64,000 nt of DNA from Eledone cirrhosa (taxonomy: Eukaryota): assembly GCA_964016885.1 (NCBI GenBank), contig OZ024753.1, forward strand, positions 28,272,001 to 28,336,000, read 5' to 3'. The notes under the pieces were generated by a model. That model worked only from the letters and a program-made list of their open reading frames with translations, searched no databases and was not told where the DNA came from. The position numbers and the translations under genes were made by a program. How positions within the stretch are numbered: position 1 is the stretch's first letter; every line of letters starts with the position of its first letter. Shown piece by piece: positions 1-12,622 of this stretch.

Positions 1-2402
1 GGTCCTTCGTCATCTCCACCGTGAGCTTCAATGATCTAAGGTCTGTTCTCACCACCTCCGCCCATGTCCCTCGTGGTCCACCTCTACCATGTCTTCCCTC
101 AACTGGCATCTCCTGGCACCTCTTCACTCATCGGTCATCCTCCATGCGCATCACATGTCCATACCACCCCAGTCTCCTCTCCGCACACTACATTCCATCC
201 CTCTCAACACATTCATGCTGGGTCGCTCACGCACATTTACACTGCACATCCAACGGAGCATGCTTGCCCCATCTCTCTCCAGCCGTCGCACATCCTCTGC
301 AGTTGCTGCCCATGTCTCACCACCATGCAGCATCGCGCTCCTCACACAGGCATCATACAACCGGCCCCTCGTACGCAGGGAGAACCCCTTCTTCGTCAAC
401 AGAGGAAGCAGCTCCCCAAACTTCCTCCAACCCGTCCTTATTCTAGATACTATGGCCTCGGAACACCCTCCTCCCATGCTAATCTGATCCCCTAGGTACT
501 GGAAGCCACCCACCACCTCCACAGCGCCCCCCTGCATCTGAAAAATGTGTCTATCAATGTGACTTCAACTGTCTAATTTCCCTGTACATCCACTGCACAC
601 ATACTTCTCCCTACCTGTCAGTTTGCCTGCCATCCCGCTACATCTCTTGTGTACCCAGGATCTGCATTGTGTGCATTTTATAGAATTTATGCCAGTTCCC
701 TTTCTGCACATCGAACATGGCCATTTCCCTGACGGAATCAGGGTTTTGTCCTCTTTTCTACTCATCAACACTTTTGTCTTAGCTAGGTTCACTCTCAGTC
801 CTCTTGCTTCCAACTGCTGTTTCCATAGCCAGAATTTATTCTCTATCTCCTCTACTGATTCTGCTATAAGAACCAGATCGTCAGCACAGAGAAGTTCCCA
901 TGGACAGCCAGTCTTAAACTCCTCTGTTATGGCTTGGAGGACTATAATGAACAAGAGCGGGCTGAGGACCGAACCCTGATGTACTCCTACTTGTATCTGG
1001 AATTCCTCACTAAACTCCATTCCTACCCTGACTTTACTGAGAGTACCTCTGTACAAAGTTTGCACTGTCCTCACAAGCCATTCCTCAACACCTAGCTTCC
1101 TTAGGGACCACCAGATGACAGATCGGGGTACCCTATCAAAGGCCTTCTCTAGGTCAACAAAGGCTAAGTATAGTGGCTTATTTCTCTCTAAGAACCTCTC
1201 TTGCAACTGTCTCACCAAGAAGAGGGCATCTGCTGCACCCCTCCCAGGCACAAAACCAAACCGCATCTCATCCAGTTTGACCCTTTCTCTAATTAGTTGT
1301 GCTAATATCCTTTCTGCCACTTTCATAACCTGATCTATCAGTTTTATACCCCTATAATTGCTCCTCTCCAGAGCATCCCCTTTACATTTGTAGCAATTTA
1401 TGAGAATACTGCTGCACCAGTCTTTGGGTATGACACCACCATATATAGCCTGATTGATGATGCGTGCAACCAGTCTAGTGCCCACATCGCCTGATGCCTT
1501 CAGCATCTCAGCAACTATTCCCGATGGTCCAGCAGCCTTACCATTTTTCATTTCCCTAATCGCCTCTTGGACCCTATATTTGTCAATCTCAATAGCTGGT
1601 CCCTCTGTCGGATCTAACAAGGGTAATTTCTCTCTCTCCCATTCGTTCTCCACATTCATCAGTCTCTCATAATGACATTTTCAGGCCTCCTTTTTCTGAT
1701 CATTGTACACCGGCATCATCCCGGACACATTTATCTCCAACAACATCCTGATTTGTATTGACACACTGCCTTGCAATGTGGAACACCGCACGCCTCTGAT
1801 CTTCCCGTTGCAGAACATTGGCAAACTTCCTACTCTCCACCTCCCTGCGTGCTAAGTACACCCGACGTTCAGCCTCTCTCTTAGTGGCTGTATATTCTTC
1901 CCTACTCCCACCCTTTTTCCAAGCCTTCCATGCTAGTCTTTTGTCTCTAATGGCCTTATCTACTGTGCTGTTCCACCACCAGGTCACTCTCTGTCTGGTT
2001 GGAGCTCTGCTCCAGCCACAAGTTTCATCAGTAGCCTGCAGCAAGTTGTCACGCAAGAAATTCCAGTTATTATCTATGTCATACGTCTCTAAATCGTCTT
2101 CTTTTTCGTCATATACATCTTGAAGGGCCCTCCCAAATTTGTATTCTAGTGAAAGGTCTTTTAGCTTCCAGACCTTTCTTCTCCACACCTTCCTATATGT
2201 CTCATTCCATCTCTTGCTTACTGAGATATCACTAACAACTAACCTATGCTGTGGGGTACATTCTTCCCCAGGGTATGCCTTGGTATTAGACACTATCTGC
2301 CTGTCCCGCTGCCTAACTAGTAAGAAGTCAATCTGGCTTATGTGCTCACCAGATTTGTAGGCTATTAGGTGATTGGCAGGTTTCTGGAAGTTTGTGTTGC
2401 AA
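1..2402 (-). mobile_element. 5'-truncated, disabled copy of the PHD-containing RTE LINE (runs off the window start)
   Basis: ORFs 1700-2431, 565-1659 and 151-537 are near-identical to the 20468-23536 protein but broken by stops and frameshifts. YADD reads CADD. The 5' break abuts (TA)n at ~2403. Confidence 0.95.
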
Positions 2403-2426
2403 TATATATGTATATATATATAAACA

Positions 2427-2466
<40 letters not shown>

Positions 2467-3375
2467 AATACTCATATATATTTTGTTTTTATAGATATAC
2501 ATATACATTACAATTCTCCATCAACTATGAATTATATTAATATACTCAAGACAGCCTAAGAAACCGTATCTGTAAATGAACCTACAACTAATTTTCCTAT
2601 AATTTAATTATTTTTTCCCTCCCTCCCCATTGGGGCAGAATTCCACACGTCTTCACTTGAAAAGACAATATAGGAATAAAATTGTTTAAACATAATAATG
2701 AGTTGTTTTATCATCAGTATTCTTTCCTTGAACAATATTACACAGCATGAAAGTTACTTTCTACTCAATGTCCAACAAGGTAGTAATTTAAAATCAATGA
2801 AACCATATAAAAATTTTAATTCATCAGAGTGTAAAAAACAAAGTCTGTTTTGTCGTTGAATAAAATCGTAGAGTTTTACATAGCTGAAATGATTTAGAAG
2901 CTTATGATTGCATCTTCCTTTTACAGTTAAAGTTTGCAGTTTAAAAAATATTACGTATATAGCATATGTTTATTTGTAAAGTGTGTGTCGAGAGTTTCGT
3001 GGTACTTACAATCCACTTTAGATTTATTTGCCAAATAACATATCATTTGTACACTAGTATAAGACAAAGTGACACTCCCTTTCTTTACATTGGTATGCTT
3101 TCTTGAAATATAATGCTAAAAAATAAATTTAATATTAGATGGAATTCACTGCCTTAAAACTGGAATAAACGATAAGGGTAACTTAACCTAATGAAACAGC
3201 TAAATACTTCCTTAACATGGTGAGACATGGTGTGGTTGCCTGATCAGCTAAAAATAAAAACCAAACCTCTCAAATCACATCATACAGTGGCAAAATAGGA
3301 AGTACATGCTGGATAATGTAGTCCTAGATACATCTAAAAGTCTAAAGTCTATCATAAGCCAGAAGGTTCATTAGG

Positions 3376-3605
3376 CCTGTGCTTATCCCAGTTTCATGGC
3401 ACGAAGCGACAGAGTACAAGACTCCCCACTGGACAGGATGCCAGTCCATCGCTATTGCTGGTACTTATTTTCAACTGATTATACTGGAGCAATGTAAAAT
3501 AAAGAGTTTTGATCAAGAACACAACACACAACCCACCCAGCCCAGGAATCGAACCTACAACATTATGATCGTAAGTCCAACACCCTTACCACTAGGCCAT
3601 GCATA
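3376..3605 (-). mobile_element. tRNA-head CORE-type SINE, diverged
   Basis: Reverse strand shows A box (TGGCCTAGTGG), B box (GGTTCGATTCC) and a CTTGATCAAAACTCTTTATTTTACATTGCTCCAG core. Body resembles 28495-28775. Confidence 0.75.
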
Positions 3606-5260
3606 CTATATACAAATAAAATAAACTCATCTGAATTCAAATCTAAAACCACTTACACACGAAATCATCTAAAACATAACAACTATGGAAACAAAAATGT
3701 CAGATTCACCAGATTTTTTGCATTTTAACATTAGGGCCCTTGTCAGGTCATGTGTGTTTGGCAGGACATACATATGAAATCTGTATGACTGTATATAAAC
3801 AGGAGATACATATGAAATCATGTGTATATGACTTTGTATATGAGCAGGGGCATACATATAAAATCTAGTGAGTGCAATGAGATATTTTTTATTCTCTTAT
3901 TTCAAGTTCTATTGTCAATGACAACATCGAAACATTATTTCTTTCTTTCGTCACAGATGCACACTCACTGCGTTTTTTATGCACTTGCAAATTCGCCAAT
4001 CGTTCTCCACTCATGATATACAAAGATTCTAAAGATGCTTTGATATGAAAATATAAACATAGAAAGAAAACTTTATATACTTGATTGATATACTATATGT
4101 TATATTCAACCTGTCACATAGTTTAGATAAAATTCTGAATGTTTTCTATTTGAAAGCTTCTTGACAAAATTATTATCTGCAACCGGAAATAGCGACATCT
4201 TGACCTAGAGAATGTTTCAGTTTAAATCATGTTTATACTATGTTTTTTTTTGTTTGTTTGTTCTGTTATCATTTTTTTTATTCACCAGCTTGCTGTGCTG
4301 TACTTTGACTGTGTGTAAGTTTCAGTGTGTGTGTTTATCTGTAAACATGTGTGTGTGTGAATGTATAAGTGAATGCATGTGTGTAAGTAGATAGCAAATG
4401 TTGAGAAAATGGACAGTTTTCCATGATTAATGCACATTTCAAATTGAAACAAGCGTTTTATAAATTAGGGCTTGTGGGTTAGAGAACATTTGTTTCAATT
4501 TGAAATGCAGGGATATAAAGTAAATTAAATTACAATAATCTCACAAAAAAAATCACAATCATCGCCAACAAGCAGTCACACACGACCCTCACTATTAAAT
4601 TCTTTGGCTGGGAGACTTAATCTGTCACCTGGTTTAACACCCCCACCTGGCCCTTGGCATTCAAGCCAAATCTTCGGTTTGAGGACATCGTCCTTCCTTC
4701 CTCCGAACAAAGAGTCTCAGAGACCCTGAAAGGGTCATAGACATTGTACTTGCTTCCCTGACTAAACAGTAAGAAAATGTGTATTTTCCTTTTGTATGGC
4801 AATATGGTGTGGTTTGAGGCTAATTTGGATGTGAATTTTAACAGGTTGTGACTATATAGAGGCTTTAAAAGCAATTGCAAATATAATTATTGAAATATAT
4901 AATCTTAGCTAAACAGACAAATTAAGCTGGATTAAACCGATTGGCTTAGTAATACCATTAATTGTTCCATTAAACGGTTACACAGAAGAGGATTATCTCT
5001 CGAGAGATCAACCAAACACACAGAAAGCAGTAGGTTTAGTAGCAACAAGTTTTCATTCTATTCATATGAAACAAATGAGATATCACTGAAGCTATTCCTT
5101 ATAGCTGGCTGAGTGGTTAAGGTGTTGGACTAGGTCCCCCATCATTAAAACCCACAAGAAATTTCCTGCGATGCAAAGTAGATGTAGTAGAGAGAAGAAA
5201 ATATAGAGGGATCAAGTAGATAGTTGGGGTCATAAGAGAGGAATTTGAAACAGCATAGAG

Positions 5261-5603
5261 CAGAGGTTCTCAAAGTGGGCGCTACGTCCCCACCCACCCA
5301 GGGCATTGAGAAGGTCCAGGAGGCGCTGGGGCCTAAGGATGCACAGGGGTAGAGATGATATAATAGTATATTAAATATCAAATGATACATATTATATATA
5401 TATAGTAAAATAAAAAATATATATTTATTTAAACATAGTATATACTATATTATTTATTATATATAAATTAACAATTTTATTTATTATATATTATTTACAA
5501 TTTGCGTGTAGGTAGGTCTCTCTGGAAATAAGGGGGGGGGGGCATTGAGGGTATTACGTGGCCATGAGAGGGTGCGATGTCCCCAAACGTTTGAGAACCT
5601 CTG
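5261..5603. mobile_element. hAT (Charlie/MER5-like) MITE
   Basis: TIRs CAGAGGTTCTCAAA and TTTGAGAACCTCTG. A partial reverse copy lies at ~6760-6873. Confidence 0.75.
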
Positions 5604-8004
5604 GTGTAGGATAACTGAAGAAGCTTCCTTTTGGTTCCTTATGTGTGTGTGGTGATGTGTTAATAGTTGTCAATGTCATTATGCTATTATAAATTTAATT
5701 GATATGTATTAATTGAGATTAAAACAGCTAGTTTTGGTTCGTTCAACTTGGAGTTCAATTTGATTGTAATATTGGTAATGACTCAAAATGAATAGACTCT
5801 ATCAGAAGATTCATTCCATCAATATGGTAATCTCACAAAATGCAGAGAAAATTTAACAACATCTCTTCTTAAATTAAGATTCACTTTTCCTGAAGATTAT
5901 ATCTAATAGATCTATCAAGTCTTGTTATCTGTACTTAGAAAATATTGATCTATTGCATGCAAGAAGGCTTCAGAATTATAGGAAATGTGGGGGAAGCGAG
6001 ACAGTGTGACAATCATGCTTATTCAAAGGGTTTTATTAGCAGCTAACACAATAAGAGCATCAGTTTTGCTTTGTATATAAATGAAACTACTTCATTAACT
6101 AATGTCAGGTTGTCAACAACTAAACTAAACCGGCAAATCTACCAGACTTGCTTGGTGAGGAGTGTGATTTTTAGACACCTTGCTAGATGAAAAATAAAAC
6201 CCGTCAAAGAGCAGAGGAACTCAGGAGATGGCCATCCAATAATGGGTAGTCAGAGCTCGTTAGCCTTGATTGATTCTTTAATCACCTTGGTGACAACCTT
6301 TTAAGTGACCAACAAGTTCATCCTTGTGATGAAGGCAGATAAGTTACAGCTCAGTAGCCAACTTCTGAGTAATGGTCATCACTTTTTTTCCTGATGAGAA
6401 TTATAGCTATGCAACATCATATAGATTTGTATTGGTGCTTTTGTCCACTGTCCCTAACCTTCTGCTATTGTCCCTAGTCCCTAACTCTCAGTAATGGAGA
6501 GAAAAGATCAGACCAGGCTTCATGAACATAAAAAATAGCATTAAAACAAACAAAACTCATATATGTGACATTCTACAAGTTCAAAAGTAAAAGAAATTAG
6601 TGCTATATGAGTAAGATTTCATGTGGCCACTAGACTAGCAAGAAGCAGTAGCTAAATATCCCTCAAATTACACCCCACTATCGTTAAAAAATAAAATGAA
6701 GGATAATGTAGCTTTAGATACATTATAACTATTTACTATATTTATATATATATATGTATCATTTGATATTTAATATACTATTATATCATCTCTACTACCC
6801 CCTTAGGCCCCAGTGCCCCCTGGAGCTTCTCAACGTCTCCCGGGGGTGGTAGCGCCCAGTTTCAGAACCTCTGCTTTACATTATGAGTTCAAATTTGTCT
6901 TTTATTTTTTCCAGGGTTGATTTGATTGACTGTTTTCTCCTTCAAAATTTCTAGCCTCGTGCCTAAATAAGAAACCATTATGAAAATATATGAAATAAAA
7001 AAAAAATATTTTCCTCTCTCTTTTAAATAAATAGCCTTTTTCTTTAAAATCGAAGTTGCATGCTCTATATTCCTACAATGTCATTCAGGTCAACTAGCAG
7101 AAATCTCTAAAGTCCTTACTGTGAAAATTTTAAGGATTAATGTCGCCAAATATTTTGACTGATCAGAGTGAAAACTAAAAATAAATTAATTCAAGTGAAA
7201 TTTATTTTTCAAAACACTAACACCGAGTCAATCAGTTTCTTCCTACCTCTCACTCCTCCTTAGATTATTGACAAATCTTTTCTTTGTAATCTCAGCTTGT
7301 TTTTATTTTATTTTTGTTTAGTAATATTGATTTCTTCATTAAAACTTCGCTGGAAGCCATATTTTGTAGAAAAAGATATAGTTAGATTAATTTGCTTCCA
7401 ATAATTTACTAATATTTATCAATCCCTGGAGGAACGGAAAGCAAATCTACTCTGGCGAGACAAGTCAACAAGAGCTTCTATGCAGTATTTGCAATGTTAG
7501 AAATAGAAGACAAATCATCATACTGAATCCTATTGTCTTAAAAAAAAAGGAAGGGCAAATTTGGAAGCTTCATCAGGGCTAACCTTTGGATTAAATAACA
7601 AAAATGGCTCTAGTAAAATTCAAATGTAAGGTATTTAAGTACGGTATTCTATCTTTCATTGCTGCCCACTTCAAACAAGAGAGCTTTTGTCACTTAATCT
7701 GCCAAAAATAACAGCCGAATCCCCCTTTCTCCCATGCTACTGTTTCAAATAAAGAGAACACATTAGATAATATATTCCGACATACACCTCCAAGATGGGA
7801 TGATCACAAAATTCACTTTTACACATTTTAAGTCCTTTACAAAGTCTCATTCATGTCCAGTCAATTTTGATACTGGCATATGAACAAAGAAAAATGAAAA
7901 TGTCTATTGAGTAAAAATAGAGTCATTTATTCATCAATCTGAGATTTGAAACAATATTCAAATCTTCTGTAAAATAATTGTAAATTGAATCAGTTATATA
8001 ATGA

Positions 8005-8320
8005 ATTACAAGGTGATTGTGTTACAGAAATATAGGCAGGCAGAAACTACAGGTGTTTGTGTTACAGAAATATAGGCAGGCAGAAACTACAGGTGATTGT
8101 ATTACAGAAATATAGGCAGGCAGAAACTACAGGTGATTGTATTACAGAAATATAGGCGGGCAGAAACTACAGGTGTTTGTATTATAGAAATATAGGCGGA
8201 CAGAAACTACACGGTGTTTGTGTTACAGAAATATAGGTGTGCAGAAACTACAGGTGATTGTGTTACTGAAATTACAGGTGTTTGTGTTACAGAAATTACA
8301 AGATGATTGTGTTACAAAAA
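8005..8320 (+). repeat. 40-bp minisatellite, ~7 copies
   Basis: CAGAAACTAC recurs at 8041, 8081, 8121, 8161 and 8201. Confidence 0.95.
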
Positions 8321-8780
8321 GGAGTGGGCAGAAATTCTATAAGGGATTGCAGGGAGGCTAATGGAAAAGATAGTCTTTGTATGTGGCAATTGCACAGGAG
8401 AAGTAAGCACTAAGAGCACATATGAAATAGATTACTTCAGTTGCCTGAGAGGCTCCTTAGAAGTTGTTGACAGCTTTTGTTACCTAAGTAATCAAATTAG
8501 CAGTTGGGAAGGATGCACTGAAAATGTGATAGCTAGGATCAAAACAGGCTGATGGAAGGCTTGGAACAAAGTAGTGAAGACTGACATTAAAAAAAAAAAC
8601 TAAAGCTCACAACTGAGATGACAAAAGACCATAAGAACTGGCACTAAGCTGTGATGATGAAGACCAGATTACACCCAACCTGTCTGGGAGGTCAGTAATC
8701 CTGCTTTAATACAGACTTGGTCTGTGAAGACCTGTCCAACCCTTGCTTGGAGGAAAGGTAGATGTTAAATGATGATGAAA
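8320..8780 (+). mobile_element. Old degraded 3' fragment of a PHD-RTE LINE
   Basis: ORF 8361-8552 reads FVCGNCTG...LEVVDSFCYL...ARIKTG. It is followed by an RTE-type tail ending in (ATG)n. Confidence 0.8.
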
Positions 8781-9051
8781 TATAATTATGAGTGGAAATA
8801 AGCAAAGTTATAGCCCTCCCAGACATGTCAGAGGACAATTTTGGCACTGTATCTGGATACCTTTCTTAAAACCAACCACTTTACAAGGTATGATGGGTGT
8901 GTTTTATCTAGCACCAGTATTTGAGAGGTTGCTAATTCCTCTTGACTTGACTATTCTATTTTGTCTCCATTTAATCACCAACTACTTTAAAGAGAGTACA
9001 TACCTTCTTGTTAAATAAAATTTACAGTTCATTTTCATTGACATTATATCT

Positions 9052-9234
9052 TTTGGCAGTATCGGTAGAGGGTCGGATGCCATGCTTTGCAGCAAAGAGT
9101 TATGGCCCTTTATGGTCTGAGTTCAAATCCCGCCGAGGTTAACTTTGCCTTTCATCCTTACGGGGTCGATAAAATAAAGTACCAGTAATGCACTGGGATA
9201 ATTACTGGCCTTGTGCCAAAAGTAGAAACAATTA
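9052..9234 (+). mobile_element. tRNA-head SINE with Meta-like central domain
   Basis: A box TGGCAGTATCGG, B box GAGTTCAAATCC, body TTTGCCTTTCATCCTTACGGGGTCGATAAAATAAAGTACCAG. At least 8 copies occur in the window. Confidence 0.85.
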
Positions 9235-9959
9235 TATCTTAGTCAATTTTCCTAATTTATTCTCGTTTCGTTTTTATAAACTCCAGGGCTTCATGGCTAA
9301 TTAAAATTTTTTTTATAATTATTATTGAAATTAGTGTGGTAGAAAACAATGAGCAAACAAACAGGTGTTTCTTATCATTGATCTTATGTTACAAAGCATC
9401 TCAGAGTCACCTAAGATTTACATAATGAATGTACATATATGTATGCATATATGTACATGTGTGTGTGTATGTGCATGTGTATACATATCAAATTAATAAC
9501 ATAGAAATCCTGTTAAAGTAGAATCTTTAAAAGGCTTCATATTCTTATACACACATATATACTGATATCTTCAGGGTTTCTTCTGTATAAAGAACATATA
9601 GCTATGTACAGACCTCCATACTTGAGGTGGTGAGATGAAGATTATTACAATCCTATTGAGAGAAAAAGTCATTAGCTTATCAAATATAATAGCCCCCACT
9701 CCTTATACTGATTAAACATAACTAGACACAGACATATATGTGTGTGTGTTCTTTTCTTGGTTTCACTCATTGAACTATCTGCGGCCATGCTGGGGCACAG
9801 CCTTTAACATATGAACACAGATACACAAATATACATTGGACTTCTGCAGAGTTTGCCTACCAAATTCCAATCACATGCTCCACCCCCAACTTAGTTTCCT
9901 CAGTCACAAACTGCGGTAACATACATGGCTCACAATGCAGAGGACAGGAAGACAAACAA

Positions 9960-10174
9960 GTAACGGAGCTCATCTGGCCACTGTTGAGACCTCAGGTGTC
10001 TTCGGACCGTGGGCAGTTGAGCTCCTCTGTAAAATCGGATTGGTAGCAGCCCGTCTGAGAAAGCATGACTGTGAGGTGGGGTGGCTGTTGCAGTATGTGT
10101 CACTGGTCATTGTCCACAGAAATGCCTTTGCCATTTTGTCTGCAGAGTGCAGCCAAAACACCCTTCTGACCTAG
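9960..10174 (+). mobile_element. 3' remnant of CRE-type (restriction-like endonuclease) non-LTR retrotransposon
   Basis: VETSGVFGPWAVELLCKIG...WLLQYVSLVIVHRNAFAILSA matches the CRE C-terminal pattern VET.G..G..A...L.QR.S.A..RGNA..IL. Confidence 0.7.
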
Positions 10175-11329
10175 GTGTAGAGTTTGTCACCTTCTCCCCT
10201 TCTTCCTTTGTCTAGTAGTCCTTCCTCTTCCCCTCCTTTTCCTCTCATTTATGGCATTTATAGTCCTTTCCAATAATGCTCTCTTTTCCTGTATGTTTAA
10301 ACAAATAATATATATGATCATTATGAAATCTGCACGTGCTATAGAAAAATGTGAGGCTACACTAGAACACACTTGACTAAAGTGCTATGAGGTGGAATGG
10401 AATCCAGAACTATGTGGTTACAAGGTGAACATTTTATTTGTATACATATATTTAGGTTACTTTTTAATAAAAAGAATAATGGCGAGAGGATCAAAACCCA
10501 CTGAATGCAAATGTAATATATTTTGAGATCAAAGCTAAATCTCACCTTACTGTCATTAAAAAAAAGACATATTGGATGTACTATGTCTAAATAAATGATG
10601 GGATGGTAATGGCTAGAAAGCCTTAGGTCATTGGTTTGTACCATCAGAGTGAAAGATCGTTTATTGGTTTCAATGAGTAGGTCACCCAGTTATTTAATCA
10701 AGTAGGTAACAGATGGCTAGACAAAGATAGCTAATCATACAGGTAGAGATAGATAGATAGCTAAACAAACAGACTGATAGGTAGCTAAATAGATAGATGT
10801 TTTTATTGTCCAAAGATAGAGAACTTTAGATAAATATTGCATGATCACTGACCATCTTAACATTGATCCAGAGAGGAGAGGTAAGGAGGACAATATCAAA
10901 TTACCATTTCCCAAACAATTCTAGACAAGATGGTAGTCACATGACACTTGTGTTTTATTAAGCTATACAAATATGCTATTACACACTACAGAGTATACCT
11001 ATATGTTTTAGCCAATAGTAAATGTAATAGACAGATGTAATCACCTTCGGTTTGTATACAATATCATGCTGGACAAATAGAAAAAAGGGCTTTAGATAGA
11101 CCAGTTTCAATCCTGTATTGGGATCTCAACAACTGAGTACCCCCTTTAGCTACTCACTAAAACATTTCTTATAAACCCACTATTACTGATTTGCATATCT
11201 TAACACATCTTGGCACCGAATTCGATCAATAAATTACAGGTGTATAAACAGCATATTGTTTAAAAGCTATTTTGTATTACAGAATATATCTATAGATTTT
11301 AGCCAACACTATGGGCATGTGGTTAGATT

Positions 11330-11502
11330 TTACGGGCAAAACCAACCAGCAAGAGACCCAGGAGTAAATCCAAGCAAGATGGTTCGATAGCATCTATGAG
11401 CTTGGCTGGTCGTGCTCGGGGATCCAGTTGGATCAATTGAACATGGTTCCTTCTGGCAGGACCCATGAGAAGGAGTGTTTGAGGACTCTGTCCCCATGAC
11501 AT
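11330..11502 (+). mobile_element. 3' end of Rex3/Expander-like RTE
   Basis: Reads RWFDSIYELGWSC.GIQLDQL... Homologous ends lie at 52285-52420 and 59287-59375. An RT fragment FKYLWVVFTSDGRQE lies at 30406-30640 (-). Confidence 0.65.
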
Positions 11503-12173
11503 TATATAAAAGCCGAAGAAGCAGCAAACTGGTTCTAAAGCCAAGAAAGACCACACGTTTCAAGATCTGCATTCTGCTTCGCATCTTTCTAGACCTTTCT
11601 ACTGATTAAAATTTAATGACATCATTTTTTTTACGCCAATTATAATTATTAGGTACTTATATGTTTGAATGTTTATTAGATTTAAACCTTTTACTGTAAA
11701 TAAATAATAATAAATCTCTATCAAATGCTTTAAAAACGTATCTATATATTAAAAGAATGGCTAAAGAACACTACTATCTTGTAACAGCTGTAATATTATT
11801 CATACAATTGTGAATAAAATTTGACATAGTTTTGCAAAGTATTCTATAATGAAAGCATTAGTATTGTATTGTTTCATTTTCTGAAAATTTTAAAACGGAA
11901 ACGACAGCCGTCGGGGTCCTGACTCTTTTCCTATTACCTACTCCACTACCCATAGTATCGAGTACTCTGGTCTACCTGGTTCCTTACCACACTTCCTTCG
12001 TTATATATATATATATATATATATATAACCAAAGATTAATATGGTTCGTTGATTACTCAATGAATACAATTTTACAATAGATTAAAAGCACTCAACAGTC
12101 CGTTTTCCTGGAGTGTTTAATATTATTCAAAATATTAACAAATGAAAGATATTCACATAATCAAAATATATGC

Positions 12174-12236
12174 TTTATTATATATATTTCAAAGGTACTG
12201 TGTTGTTGTTTTTCAGTACGTCCTCATCAGATAAAA
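12174..12236 (-). ncRNA. Type I hammerhead ribozyme in a Penelope-like element end
   Basis: Minus strand: TTTAT CTGATGA GGACGTACTG-loop-CAGTACCTTT GAAA TATATA TA ATAAA. Core boxes, stem I, stem II and a palindromic stem III are present. Confidence 0.6.
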
Positions 12237-12424
12237 TATATGATTTGATATATGACATACCGCTACGGTTTTGATTATACAATTCCAGTATTATATATAT
12301 TTATATAACTGCTCTATACAAAGCTTGACCACTTCTTGCACTTCATGACTATTTCTTCCAGGCATAACCTACGAGTTGATCTTTTTATATGACCGTATAG
12401 TTTAAGTACTCTTGATTTGACAAT

Positions 12425-12622
12425 GTATTACTGGTACTTTGTTTTATCGTCCCCATAAGGATGAAAGGTAAAGCTAACCTCGGCAAGATTTGACCGGTCC
12501 ACAACGCCAGCAATTTAAAGGGGAGGGGGAAATCGATTAAATCGACCCCAGTGCGTTACTGGTACTTTATTTTATCGACCCCGTAAGGATGAAAGGCAAC
12601 GTTAACCTCAGCGGGATTTGAC
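12425..12622 (-). mobile_element. Two tandem partial Meta-like SINE bodies
   Basis: Two copies of CTGGTACTTT(A/G)TTTTATCG.CCCC.TAAGGATGAAAGG. Confidence 0.8.

Noticed and set aside
5760-6500. Possible CR1/L2 3' remnant on the minus strand
   Set aside because: Similarity is too faint to support by eye.
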